A stretch of 64,000 nucleotides of DNA from contig NC_068987.1 in assembly GCF_001194135.2 (NCBI RefSeq), forward strand, positions 107,161,357 to 107,225,356, written 5' to 3'. Origin of the DNA: Octopus bimaculoides (Eukaryota). The notes beneath the pieces were generated by a model. The model had not been told where the DNA came from. It saw nothing but the letters and a program-made list of their open reading frames with translations, and made no database searches. Of this stretch, positions 1-13,426 are shown one piece after another; position 1 is the stretch's first letter, and every line of letters begins with the position of its first letter. The translations under genes were made by a program, and so were the position numbers.

Positions 1-33
<33 letters not shown>

Positions 34-369
34 TATACGCAGGCAACAAACACACACACATATACACGAGACAAAACATACATTTTGTTTATTTACTGTC
101 TTTTTTAAATCCGATCTGTAAATGGTAACCCGGATAAAAGCAAAAAATATGAAAATAATAACATGGCACTCTCATTCATCTTTCGTCTCTTTTAACAAAT
201 AGAATGGATGTGCCGTGATTTCTATGTTCTTAAGGGGCCTTAGATAATGATATACATTACAGATGAGTCTCTGCGTATGGACTCATACTCGCGCATACAT
301 GTCTGTATATTCATAAATATATAAACATATAATATTTTATATATAATCATTAGTCTCTGATTTTTGCAC

Positions 370-545
370 TAGGCCAGCAACTTTGGTAGAGAGTTGAACT
401 AGTGTTTATTTTATCGACCCCGTATGGCTGAAAGAAAAAGTCGATCTCGATGGTATTTGAACTCAATAATGTAAAAACGGACGAAATACCGCTAAGTATT
501 TTTGCCGGCGTTTATACGATTCTGCAATGTGGCCGTTTTGCCTTT
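370..545 (-). mobile_element. tRNA-derived SINE, family B in this window, degenerate
   Basis: Contains TATCGACCCC..AAAGTCGATCTCG..TTTGAACTC..ACGAAATACCGCTAAG, the reverse complement of the core seen at 3838-4030, 54147-54362 and 58905-59580. Confidence 0.7.
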
Positions 546-1213
546 ATATATAATTACGTACAAACAGAATAGAGGAGCTAAATTGTTTTATTACACAAAT
601 TTACGATTGTTTCACAGGAATTCCAACTCAAGAGTGTTGTTATATTATGTAATATGTGAAAGTACAATCTCCTGATGTAAGCTCACATCAAGACAATGGA
701 ATGTCAGCTCATCAGAATCATATATATAATTTATTTGCATATGTCCTCTATACATATAGGATTCCGAGGAGCTGAAACTCGATTCTATCGATATTATGAT
801 GTGTCTTCAGTCAATTAATGCATATATTTTATCATAATAAAACAATGCAATTGTATGCGAACCCCGGGTAACAATTGTAAATTTATGTAATAACATAATT
901 CGCTAACTCAATGCTGCTTGTTAATAATTGTGTAATTTTTACGAATATTCAGATTTTTGGAAATATGATTTGTAAAATATCAGTTTCTGATTTATAGTCA
1001 TATCCGATAACCTGTACCCGATGATGAGCATCGAAGAGCAAATTCCAGGGATAATACCCGAATTAAATTGCTGCGCATACATACATATATGAATACATAC
1101 ATACATGCATACATAAATGTATGCATACCTATGCAGCAATTTCATTCGGATGCTATAGTTTTATTTTGTCATCGTATATAGCCTGAAAATATTTACAAGC
1201 ACACACACACACA

Positions 1214-1265
<52 letters not shown>

Positions 1266-2335
1266 AAGTGGAATAGAATCTGAGAAAAGTATTTACACTT
1301 TTATCAAAATAAACTACCGGTTTCAATTTATAACGACTATTCATGCACTAAAACAACCGAACATAGATTGAATCAAATTATATATACCATCCCTTGTTCT
1401 TTTAATTAATACTTTCATGTTGGTCGATGGAGGCCACCTTATGATAGGTATAATGTCATAATATTAACAGTAACATTATGGATGTTGACATTGGTGTATT
1501 GTTCCTACTCGGAGCAACAGAAACGTTGGTAGTGTTGATATTCAGGAGTCGTTCGTAATGGTAGAGGACGTTTATGCTGTTGGACGCATTGTTAGTAGCA
1601 CCAATGGCAGGATTCAAGGAATTAATGTTGCTATCCGCTTCATTAGCAAAAGAAGAAGTTGCATTAGTGACTGAAAAAGATAATCATGATAGTAATGAGG
1701 GAAATGGTAGAAACTCACAGTATAGTATTAAGAGTTCTTCTCCGTCTTTTAGTAACGAAAATGGCGTTAGTGCCCGTAGCACATTAGTAATCGCAGCAGT
1801 GTCTGTAGTGGTAGCACCAGCAATTTGACCAGTAGCGCTAGTATTTGTAGCATAAGGAGTAGTAATGTTTTCATTACCCGACTACTTAAGAAGTGGTAGG
1901 TATTTCGTTACAAAAGCAGTTTATTTGTTATGGGATGTTATTGCAATGTGCCATCGGCAAATTCACAAACGGGAAAGAGGGAAAATGTTGGCTCTTACTT
2001 ACGTTCGAATGCAAAAAACTTTACGCATTTTCACTATTCCTTAAATAAGGCATACCATGTATTTTACACAACAAAATCACAGAGATCGAGTTACAGTGGA
2101 AGGCAGTCACAATTAGCATCTACACAAGTGGAAAAATTAATTTGCTTATTTCTGCCTTTGATGCTTTCTCATTCAATAAACAATAACACTCACACACACG
2201 CATATATGATACTGCTTCCTCTCTCGGTTTCGCTTATAAAACTCCACACAAAATTCCAAGTAATTTTCTTAGCTCAGTTTGCTTCACAAATAAGTGTGTG
2301 TGTGTGTGCGTGTACGTGTATATTGATAGATAGAA

Positions 2336-2380
<45 letters not shown>

Positions 2381-2885
2381 NNNNNNNNNNNNNNNNNNNN
2401 NNNNNNNNNNNNNNNNNNNNNNNNNNNNNNNNNNNNNNNNNNNNNNNNNNNNNNNNNNNNNNNNNNNNNNNNNNNNNNNNNNNNNNNNNNNNNNNNNNNN
2501 NNNNNNNNNNNNNNNNNNNNNNNNNNNNNNNNNNNNNNNNNNNNNNNNNNNNNNNNNNNNNNNNNNNNNNNNNNNNNNNNNNNNNNNNNNNNNNNNNNNN
2601 NNNNNNNNNNNNNNNNNNNNNNNNNNNNNNNNNNNNNNNNNNNNNNNNNNNNNNNNNNNNNNNNNNNNNNNNNNNNNNNNNNNNNNNNNNNNNNNNNNNN
2701 NNNNNNNNNNNNNNNNNNNNNNNNNNNNNNNNNNNNNNNNNNNNNNNNNNNNNNNNNNNNNNNNNNNNNNNNNNNNNNNNNNNNNNNNNNNNNNNNNNNN
2801 NNNNNNNNNNNNNNNNNNNNNNNNNNNNNNNNNNNNNNNNNNNNNNNNNNNNNNNNNNNNNNNNNNNNNNNNNNNNNNNNNNNNN

Positions 2886-2928
<43 letters not shown>

Positions 2929-3574
2929 CATACACATTTACACACATACATATATATGTACATTTATATATATACATACATACATACGTACGTACTACAT
3001 ACATATGTATACTCCTATACATATATTCACAGATATATGTATTTTGTGTCTGTGTCGGAATGTGGGTATCATGTCAACAAAACCAGACAAATGTTATCCA
3101 ATATCAACGACATTCTAATAGTCTGTTTTGAATTCTGTAAGTATACATTGCTGTGAAGAAGATCGGTAATTTATGTATATTTTCAAGAAATCTCCCTAGG
3201 TGTTCAGAATTATTTCCTATATATAAATTTGAATCGCTTGCTTTACTATTTATTTAACATTCATCTTTTCTCTACGTCTACATGTTACGTCTGTTGAATT
3301 ACCTACTGTAACTTTGCCACTTACAGTAATTTTAAGGTTGAAATCAACGAATGTTTTGGTTTAGAGTTTACTAATGTTTTGTGCTGATGACATTTTGGAG
3401 ATAAATAAGCAGTCAAGTCTATCCATAATGCTGTTGATATATTACGATTTATCGTGGTAAGGACATTAACATTTAAGTTTTTTTTTCATTTTCAGCTTTG
3501 GGCTACTATCATGACTTCGTCCAAAAGTGATTTTATTTCTTTATTATCTATCCGTATATTAATATTTACAACCT

Positions 3575-3830
3575 AGTACTTAGGGTGTTACACTCACGAT
3601 GGTGAGGTCGTGCATTCAATTTCTAGACCGGTTGGTGCATTGTGCTCTGAAGCAATTCACTCCATCTCAGGTTTCTTTGCCTCACTTTCACACTTGAAGT
3701 GTGGTACACCACATATTCCTTCAGGCAACGTCGATTTGTTGGAGGGAGTGAGCTAATGTACACCACATATTTTTGATCACTATAAACAAATCTTTTGAGT
3801 AGGTCGTTCGGTACAAAGCTGAGTACCCGT
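3575..3830 (+). mobile_element. Degenerate SINE-like fragment with a tRNA-like head
   Basis: GGTGAGGTCGTGCATTCAATTTCTAGACCGG resembles a decayed B-box region and is similar in layout to 7178-7330. Confidence 0.35.
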
Positions 3831-3837
3831 ATGTTAA

Positions 3838-4030
3838 CAAGCCGGGCAAAATGCTAGCGGCATTTAGTCCGTGTTTACGTTCGGAAATCAGATTCCGCCC
3901 AGGTAGCCTTTACCTTTCATTCTTTTGGAATCGATAAAATAAGCACCAGTTGAGGACTGCGGTTGATGTAACCGACCTTCTGCCCCCACCCCTGAACTTA
4001 ATAGTCTTAGGCCAAAATTTGAAACCAATA
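3838..4030 (+). mobile_element. SINE family B
   Basis: GCCGGGCAAAATGCTAGCGGCATTT..CAGATTCCGCC..TCGATAAAATAAGCACCAGTTGAG..GCCAAAATTTGAAACCAAT, matching the other family B copies. Confidence 0.75.
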
Positions 4031-4169
4031 TGAAGTTAGAAATTTATTTTATAGCATGCTGTATGATGTACATTTGCTGTTATACGTAATACTTTAAGAA
4101 AATCTGCAACTTTTAAGAACAGAGGTCTATTTATAGATGAAAAATAATCAGTCATGATGAATTGGATAA

Positions 4170-4885
4170 AAGAGGATTTTCGTTTATCCCGAATGATTCG
4201 AGACCAATTTATTACAATTTTTTTATTGTTTTAAAGTGTTAATCTCAAACATTTTCTGGATGTTGTTGGGGAATTTGAGTCGGATGTCATTACAAATTGT
4301 TGCTTCATTTGGCTACACGTGCCAAATTATGGGATTATTCATACGTTGTATTTCATTTCCTAAATTGTTACTGATATTGTTTTATTTCATTGTTGGAATT
4401 TCTACTCTTTCATCTACGTTAAGTCACGCGGCTCTGTTGGTAATCTCGTTATTAATGGAGTTTAATATATAATTGGTTGTCTTCTTTTATAATTGTTAAC
4501 AACGTTGTCTTGGCAGGGTATTATAATGTTATTATAGTGTACTTCATACGTCTTCTTCATTTTGTATGTTTTCATAAATATGTCGTTTGATTCCTTTGTA
4601 TTCTCTAACATTTTCTTCCTGGGAGGTATTATTTACTTTTTTTCTTCACCATTTTAAAGTTGTACATTATGAAATGTTGCTACGTGGGCACATTTTGTCC
4701 TAAAGCCGATCTTAAATTCTCTTTGTTCTTTATCAGTTTTGCTGTAAAGAGAACTTTCCACTGCATTCTTTTAACTAGTGTTAAGAGATCTGTGTAGTAT
4801 ATTAAGAATTCATTAAGATGTTTATGTCTTCTTGTAACTATAGTTTTAGTGGACACATCGATCGGGAGGTTGTTCATTATTTAGC
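4170..4885 (-). mobile_element. Penelope-like retroelement, decayed N-terminal/pre-RT coding fragment
   Basis: Minus-strand translation LTLVKRMQWKVLF resembles the PLE N-terminal motif KRMRWKAFF. The downstream LKFPNN..EINT segment resembles the HK.NF.NNP.CRLINP pre-RT block. Multiple frameshifts and stops. Confidence 0.6.
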
Positions 4886-5472
4886 TGTTAAGCTTAAAAT
4901 ACAACGAGGACATCATTTGGCTGGAAGCAAGACGATATGAATTTGAGCCATTAAAAAATATGTTGAGTGCTTAAAACAAACTGTATTCGCATCACAAGAA
5001 GTCCAAATTGCAAAAGGTGTTATACTTATAGACATGCATATATATATACAAACACACAAACACAAAAAACCACATACACACATACACAAATATACATTAC
5101 CATAAACATTAAAAAATATATATTATCGATGTATGAATGTTATCTTCAAGATAGTCTGAGATTTATTGAGATGAATCTAATTAAATCAAAATTATTTATC
5201 TAATTATAGTGAAAACAAAATGATATATGCTTATAGATTAAAATAAATACATCTAATTATCTATCTATCAATAAACATGTATTACACACAAACACACACA
5301 CGCACATACACACACACAAACACATATAGTTATATATAGACGTATATATTCATATATACATATATGTATATATATATATATATACATATATATGCATATA
5401 TACATATATATGCATCTATATATACAAATATATAAATATACATATTTACAAATTATATATATATGGATATAT

Positions 5473-5505
<33 letters not shown>

Positions 5506-6319
5506 NNNNNNNNNNNNNNNNNNNNNNNNNNNNNNNNNNNNNNNNNNNNNNNNNNNNNNNNNNNNNNNNNNNNNNNNNNNNNNNNNNNNNNNNNNNNNNN
5601 NNNNNNNNNNNNNNNNNNNNNNNNNNNNNNNNNNNNNNNNNNNNNNNNNNNNNNNNNNNNNNNNNNNNNNNNNNNNNNNNNNNNNNNNNNNNNNNNNNNN
5701 NNNNNNNNNNNNNNNNNNNNNNNNNNNNNNNNNNNNNNNNNNNNNNNNNNNNNNNNNNNNNNNNNNNNNNNNNNNNNNNNNNNNNNNNNNNNNNNNNNNN
5801 NNNNNNNNNNNNNNNNNNNNNNNNNNNNNNNNNNNNNNNNNNNNNNNNNNNNNNNNNNNNNNNNNNNNNNNNNNNNNNNNNNNNNNNNNNNNNNNNNNNN
5901 NNNNNNNNNNNNNNNNNNNNNNNNNNNNNNNNNNNNNNNNNNNNNNNNNNNNNNNNNNNNNNNNNNNNNNNNNNNNNNNNNNNNNNNNNNNNNNNNNNNN
6001 NNNNNNNNNNNNNNNNNNNNNNNNNNNNNNNNNNNNNNNNNNNNNNNNNNNNNNNNNNNNNNNNNNNNNNNNNNNNNNNNNNNNNNNNNNNNNNNNNNNN
6101 NNNNNNNNNNNNNNNNNNNNNNNNNNNNNNNNNNNNNNNNNNNNNNNNNNNNNNNNNNNNNNNNNNNNNNNNNNNNNNNNNNNNNNNNNNNNNNNNNNNN
6201 NNNNNNNNNNNNNNNNNNNNNNNNNNNNNNNNNNNNNNNNNNNNNNNNNNNNNNNNNNNNNNNNNNNNTATATATATATATACATAGATACATATCTGTA
6301 ATATAATATGTGATAATTA

Positions 6320-6817
6320 TTCGGTTGCAATAATAAAACTCCGAGTTTTGGATTTCGGGATGGAAATCTGTTCCGCCATCTCGTCTCTTATTAAGACAAT
6401 CAAAATTGCAATGATAATGACCGTTAAATAAAGAGAAAGAACCCCGCAGGGGAGAAAGATAGACATTTTCCAATCAATCATAGCTACAGAAATCTCTTCA
6501 ATAGACATAACTTAAAAATCCGTTTTTAGCTCAACTACTAATTTAAAAAATATAATCGCACACAACATACAATAACAAAAAAATATAACCAGCCGTTCAT
6601 GCAGAGATAAAAATTTCTGCCCGCTAAATGGAGCTTGGAAGTCCGAAACCATCATTTATGAAGCCACCGTAGACTCTCCAACACTAAGGACATAGTTTCG
6701 TCAAAGACATATGTGGGTCTCACAGAGGGGAATTTTAAATTCAGGTTCAACAATCATGCTTTGAGCTTCAGATACTTGGATAAAAGAAAAACAACCAAAT
6801 TATCCAGTCATATATGG
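6320..6817 (+). mobile_element. Penelope-like retroelement 3' fragment (Cys-rich linker plus GIY-YIG endonuclease)
   Basis: Translations HFPINHSYRNLFNRHNLKI, CRDKNFCPLNG..SETIIYEATV and TYVGLTEGNFKFRFNNHALSFRYLDKRKTTKLSSHIW match the PLE C-terminal GIY-YIG region. Confidence 0.8.
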
Positions 6818-7165
6818 TCCTATTTAAGCATTTTATCAGATCAAATTCATCATATGGTTGAGGAACTGTTTCCGGAGGGAAACGCAATCTTTCACACAGC
6901 TAAAGTTGTTACTGAGTGGCACGAGGAACATTCTAGTGAAGTTAAACATCGTATCTGTCCACCACAGTCCCCAGATCTCAATATTATTGAACATTTATGG
7001 TGTATTTAAAAAAAAAAAACAAGTAAGGAGCCGATATCCTCCACCGTCATCACTACAAGAACTGGAGACTATTCTAGCTGAAGAATGGGCAAACAATCCT
7101 TTGGAAACAATTCGAACTTTGTACTAGTTCATACCTAGTAGAATTCAAGTTGTAATTGATTATCT
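6818..7165 (+). mobile_element. Tc1-family transposase C-terminal fragment (pseudogene)
   Basis: YLSILSDQIH..LFPEGNAIF-HTAKVVTEW..PPQSPDLNIIEHLW..KQVRSRYPPPSSLQELETILAEEW..IPSRIQVVI. The SPDLNxIEHLW motif is Tc1 DD34E. The QDDNAP segment holding the second Asp is deleted. Confidence 0.85.
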
Positions 7166-7177
7166 TATGTAAAAATG

Positions 7178-7330
7178 GAGGCGAGTAGTTTAGTGAATAC
7201 GGTGGTGCATTTGTGATCGTAAGAGTGTGGTTTCGAATTCCTGAGCAGGGCAGTGTGGTGTGTTGTTCACTTCTTTTCATTTTGCACCAGTCGACGTAGG
7301 TGGCAAAAACTAATAACCTTGTGACGGATC
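7178..7330 (+). mobile_element. Degenerate SINE-like head
   Basis: GGAGGCGAGTAGTTTAGTG..GTGGTTTCGAATTCCTGAG has A-box-like and B-box-like spacing. Confidence 0.35.
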
Positions 7331-8015
7331 GATGACCTTTACAAGGGGTAAAATATATACTATAGAATCCGGGAAACCTACCTTATGAACCAATGTCTCG
7401 AAAATGACTTTTAAACCATTTTGATCATATATAAATAATAAATAGAAATGAAAATATAGAATATCCTCTCAAAAATATACAAAGGTAAAAGAATGTCCCT
7501 CGAACCAGTCAGGCAAATCAAGGAGAAAGCTGACTGAACTGAATTATATAGCGAATAAGCTGAATTTCATTCCTAACCTAAATTGCATATTAGGTGTAAA
7601 GACTGCAAACCAAATCTTCCTTTCCAACCGTATCCAATTCGAAGCAAATTTACTGAAGGATATGAATTTAAAAACCACCTTCACCTTCTTGATGTTTAAA
7701 CGTGCATATTGTTTATCCGCCTTATCAGATTGTAGTGAAACCTACAGCAATCTAGGGTAACGAAAGAGGGGAAAATTGTTTGGCATTCACTTGTAAGGAT
7801 ACAACAGCAATAGCGGTACAACGGGCGATGCTTCATCTGTTGACAGCACTATTGTGACAAGAAAGTTTGGGACTTGTCCGTAATTCCTGCGTTTAAAACT
7901 TTTTAGAAGGGGTGCATCGGTTGACGTTCACCGCTGTCCTTCTTACAAAACCGGCTATGGAGTAAAAAGGAAGGAGGAGAGGAGGAGAACGGGGAGGACG
8001 AGAAAAAGAAGAAGA

Positions 8016-8016
<1 letters not shown>

Positions 8017-8055
<39 letters not shown>

Positions 8056-8090
8056 GTGATGATAATGATGATGATGATGATGATGATGAT
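8017..8090. repeat. (GAT)n microsatellite
   Basis: Direct reading; this is the source of the poly-M/poly-I/poly-S ORFs. Confidence 0.95.
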
Positions 8091-8915
8091 AAATGAGAAG
8101 GAGAAGAAAAGAGAATTACAAAACATGAAAGACTGTAAAAATCTATGTATGTATCCATACACAGACATACACACACAGGTATATATATNNNNNNNNNNNN
8201 NNNNNNNNNNNNNNNNNNNNNNNNNNNNNNNNNNNNNNNNNNNNNNNNNNNNNNNNNNNNNNNNNNNNNNNNNNNNNNNNNNNNNNNNNNNNNNNNNNNN
8301 NNNNNNNNNNNNNNNNNNNNNNNNNNNNNNNNNNNNNNNNNNNNNNNNNNNNNNNNNNNNNNNNNNNNNNNNNNNNNNNNNNNNNNNNNNNNNNNNNNNN
8401 NNNNNNNNNNNNNNNNNNNNNNNNNNNNNNNNNNNNNNNNNNNNNNNNNNNNNNNNNNNNNNNNNNNNNNNNNNNNNNNNNNNNNNNNNNNNNNNNNNNN
8501 NNNNNNNNNNNNNNNNNNNNNNNNNNNNNNNNNNNNNNNNNNNNNNNNNNNNNNNNNNNNNNNNNNNNNNNNNNNNNNNNNNNNNNNNNNNNNNNNNNNN
8601 NNNNNNNNNNNNNNNNNNNNNNNNNNNNNNNNNNNNNNNNNNNNNNNNNNNNNNNNNNNNNNNNNNNNNNNNNNNNNNNNNNNNNNNNNNNNNNNNNNNN
8701 NNNNNNNNNNNNNNNNNNNNNNNNNNNNNNNNNNNNNNNNNNNNNNNNNNNNNNNNNNNNNNNNNNNNNNNNNNNNNNNNNNNNNNNNNNNNNNNNNNNN
8801 NNNNNNNNNNNNNNNNNNNNNNNNNNNNNNNNNNNNNNNNNNNNNNNNNNNNNNNNNNNNNNNNNNNNNNNNNNNNNNNNNNNNNNNNNNNNNNNNNNNN
8901 NNNNNNNNNNNNNNN

Positions 8916-8947
<32 letters not shown>

Positions 8948-9899
8948 TTATATATACACATATAATCACAAACAACCCTCCTATATATCACTCCTCTCCT
9001 TCTGCATCTCTTCTTCCCCACCATTCTCTCTCTGTCTCATTCTATCTCTGTCTCATTCTCTTTTTGTTCGAGGATGATATTGCCCTCTTGATACACACAC
9101 AGACACTCAGACACACAGACGCACACACACACACACACAAACACATGCACACACATACACACACACGCACGCAAACACACACATATATATCTGTTTCCCT
9201 CGATTAGTCTGTGTTCTCAATCTCGACCGAACACAAAAACGCACGGAGACACATACATGCAAGACCTCATCATACATCTACGCAAGCTTACAAGCATACA
9301 CACATCGCATCTTCTCCCTTTCCTTCTCTCTCCTTCGCTCTTTCTTTCCCCCTCTCCCTTCTCTCAATTTCAAGTTCCATATATATTATACACGCTAATA
9401 TACACACATATGCAAGCATATAATACATATGGACATACACTCACGTACATAGGCATACGAGTATATAGACATGCATAAATAAATACATTCACAAACGTGT
9501 ATGCATACACGTAACTATATGCATACATACATACATACATACATACATACATACATACATAATTACTTACATGCATACATATATAGGTACATACATAGAA
9601 ATGTATATGCACATAATAATACAAACGTGCACACTCGCATACAAAGGCATAAGTGCATGAAAGAAAAAAAAGAAAGAAGGAAGGAAGATAAGAAGACAGT
9701 AGTAACACAGGAGGGAAAGAAAGGAAGAAAGAAGGGTGGATTAAACGAACGAATAAATGAATAGCTGAATATAGCAATAGAATAGGAATGACTGAAACGG
9801 AATGGAATGGAACGGAATGGAAACGGTGGCTGAAATGAAGTGACATGACATAAAAATGATAACGAAATGAAATATGAAGACACTAACAGCAAAAACAAC

Positions 9900-11000
9900 A
9901 ACAGGGTGCATGATGATGAGATCAGGCGGTTAGGAGAGAAGTGAGAGGTAATGAAAGAAAGATGGAGAGGATTTGTCGGAGCAAACGTCAGCAACAATTG
10001 ATGTATCGTAAATGATGGGAGACAAACCGTTTCTGTTAAAATTTCGAAATGGTTGGTTCCTTGGTGTTAGTGTTAATGGTGGTGTTGTGATTGTCTGTGG
10101 GAGTAACGAGGTGAAGGATACTTTAACAGTAATATAGATGTGCGGGCAAATCAATGCACTGGGCTGTATTTAATTACTGGTATCCATTTACTGGAAGCAG
10201 ACGGCCGTCCAGTTGTTTTAAGGCCGCGAGCAACCGACCGTTTTGCATTTGCCTTTAGATAGATGATGATAGTTGTGATGCCACATAGTTGATATGACGT
10301 GTAGTTTTTGTTGTGATGGCTGATGGGTTTTGTGGTGGTTTTTGTTTTGCCGTTGTGGGGCTGTTGTAATGGGCAGTAGCTATTGTGACGGTTGGTGGTT
10401 GTTCTGTTGATTGCCACCCCTTGTGATGTTTGGTGGTTGTTGTGATGTTTGATAGCTGTTGTGATCGCTGGTGATTCAGATGGTTGTTGGTTGATCTGAT
10501 AGATTGCAGTTGTTCTAATTGGTCTTCTGATGTTTGTTAATTATTGTAACGTCTGGCGATGTAACGTTTGTGATGGGTGTGATGATTGTTGTTAGTTCTG
10601 TTGGCTGATGTTTGTTGTGATGGTCGGTACCTGTTGTGAAGGTTGTTTGTGGTTCGGATGGTCGTTGGTGGTTCTGATGGTTACTGGTTGTTTTGCACTG
10701 GTTGGTGGTGATTCTCATATTTGATGGCTGTTCTGATGGATTGTGGTTTTTCAGGCGGTTGGTGGTTGTTGTGATCGTTCATAGTTATTTTGTTGGTTTG
10801 TGTTTCTTGTAATGACTAATATTGTTGCGACGGTTAGAGACAGTTGTGACTCTCAGTAGACAATGTGATGGCAGGTAAGTGTTATGCCGCTGGCGATTGT
10901 TGTGATGTCTCCTGCTATTGTGATTGGTGATCGTTTATTGCGAAAGCGGTTGTGACGGTTAAAGCTTCTTTTCATAGTAGATATCATTGATGGTGATTGT
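9900..11000. repeat. Degenerate G/T-rich trinucleotide mosaic (GTT/GGT/GAT)
   Basis: Strong G+T skew on the + strand with recurring ttgtgatg and ggttgtt words; stops interrupt the ORFs. Confidence 0.65.
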
Positions 11001-12707
11001 TGAAATGGACGCACTTATCGTGACGCTTGCATGCATATAGACAGGATTATATTCATATCGTAACTTTCACGTATGTGTATATATTCTTAAATGTATTCGC
11101 ATGTAAAGCTAATGCTGTAGCCCTCTCTTAAGATAAGATATCGTGCAATTTGTCTATTGCAGATATATAATTATATTTGCATCGAGATGTTTTAATTTCA
11201 CTCTCGTGAGTATACTTTAAATGTTGATACAAGTGCATGTGTTTAAGCGTGCATCATATGTATATATATATATATATATATATNNNNNNNNNNNNNNNNN
11301 NNNNNNNNNNNNNNNNNNNNNNNNNNNNNNNNNNNNNNNNNNNNNNNNNNNNNNNNNNNNNNNNNNNNNNNNNNNNNNNNNNNNNNNNNNNNNNNNNNNN
11401 NNNNNNNNNNNNNNNNNNNNNNNNNNNNNNNNNNNNNNNNNNNNNNNNNNNNNNNNNNNNNNNNNNNNNNNNNNNNNNNNNNNNNNNNNNNNNNNNNNNN
11501 NNNNNNNNNNNNNNNNNNNNNNNNNNNNNNNNNNNNNNNNNNNNNNNNNNNNNNNNNNNNNNNNNNNNNNNNNNNNNNNNNNNNNNNNNNNNNNNNNNNN
11601 NNNNNNNNNNNNNNNNNNNNNNNNNNNNNNNNNNNNNNNNNNNNNNNNNNNNNNNNNNNNNNNNNNNNNNNNNNNNNNNNNNNNNNNNNNNNNNNNNNNN
11701 NNNNNNNNNNNNNNNNNNNNNNNNNNNNNNNNNNNNNNNNNNNNNNNNNNNNNNNNNNNNNNNNNNNNNNNNNNNNNNNNNNNNNNNNNNNNNNNNNNNN
11801 NNNNNNNNNNNNNNNNNNNNNNNNNNNNNNNNNNNNNNNNNTATATATATATTGATATATTTATGCATACATCCATACATACAAGTATGTATGTATCAAT
11901 TTAAAACGAAATTTTCTTAGAGATACAACTTTAAGTGGTCAGTACCATGAATTTAGTCCATAAAGGCGAATAAAATTATCTTAAATGCCGTACAAGATAA
12001 ATTTAGCTATATGATTTACTGAAATTACACTCGTATCGAGAAACAAAATTCTCACTGATTGCTACTCAATGTGAGAGTTATGGAGTTAATTACAAGAAAT
12101 TAAATCTTCTCATGAAGTAACATGCCCTTGCGAGAACGATGATCTGTATTGCTCTCTCTATGCTAGCTATGGACGTTTATGTATAAATGTTTCTGAGAGT
12201 AAAATGTTAAACAACGTATAACAGCCGCAAGTTAATAACACGTAAGTAGTGGCTGATAAAAGAAGGCAATACTAGGTTATATCTTATATTTTGCGTGGGT
12301 AAATTAATAAAAATTATTGAAGGTAGTATGTTGTGCGGTAGTTGGGTAAGATGGAACGAAAATGAAGTCTATTTCTAAGGATTGCTTTGCATTACTGAAA
12401 CATTTCCATAAATGGATATAAGCGAGCCAATATGTAAAATAGGGCGAGAAAGGGGAGATTTTATGCGTCGAAGGGATACATAGGCATGTGCAGCACAGCC
12501 GGGTCCTGCCTTTATTCCCGTCGGTCATAAGATTCAGAGAAGAAAGAAACAACAACATACATTAATGTTCTAATTTAATTTGTATTATTCAAAATGAACA
12601 TTTTCTTAACAGCAATAATTCAGAAGATCAATACTATCTCTCACTCACTCTCACTCACTCTCTCTCTCTCAATCTCTTTCTCCCTGTCTTTGTATATATA
12701 TTTACGA

Positions 12708-12718
12708 TAGATAGATGA

Positions 12719-12768
<50 letters not shown>

Positions 12769-12770
12769 GA

Positions 12771-12805
<35 letters not shown>

Positions 12806-12835
12806 TATATATAGATAGATAGATAAATAGATAGT
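12708..12835. repeat. (GATA)n microsatellite
   Basis: Direct reading. Confidence 0.95.
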
Positions 12836-13147
12836 TACGTACATACATACATACATACATACATAGAGAAACAGGATTAAAATTTAAAATGTACGAACAA
12901 AATAAAATTCAATATTTTTGTAAATAGTTTTTTGCTATAACGATGAAAACATTATCTACTCGACATTTTCAGTTAACGAATTTAATTGATTTACATGAGG
13001 GTTTTTCTGAAAGGAATGCTAAAGTGCGCATAACTTTTATTAACACACATTGACCTTAGAAATTGCACATACATGTGAAATGAGTAAATCTTTCCGCGTC
13101 CAAACGTATTACTCATCATATACTCTATCATAAATATGCACTTACAT

Positions 13148-13426
13148 CATCACACAACTTTCGAATGGTCTTCGAGAAAATTCAAGAGGGAGCTTTTCTC
13201 CCACTTCACTACAACCACATCACACAACTTTCGAATGGTCTTCGAGAAAATTCAAGAGGGAGCTTTTCTCCCACTTCACTACAACCACATCACACAACTT
13301 TCGAATGGTCTTCGAGAAAATTCAAGAGGGAGCTTTTCTCCCACTTCACTACAACCACATCACACAACTTTCGAATGGTCTTCGAGAAAATTGAGAGGGA
13401 GCTTTTCTCCCACTTCACTACAACCA
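13148..13426. repeat. 70-bp minisatellite, 4 copies
   Basis: CACACAACTT recurs at 13151, 13221, 13291 and 13361. Three copies are identical; the fourth has TTGAGAGGG in place of TTCAAGAGGG. Confidence 0.97.

Noticed and set aside
13148-13426. 70-bp repeat as a CRISPR array
   Set aside because: Units are contiguous with no unique spacers, there are no cas genes, the context is eukaryotic, and the unit derives from mariner coding sequence.
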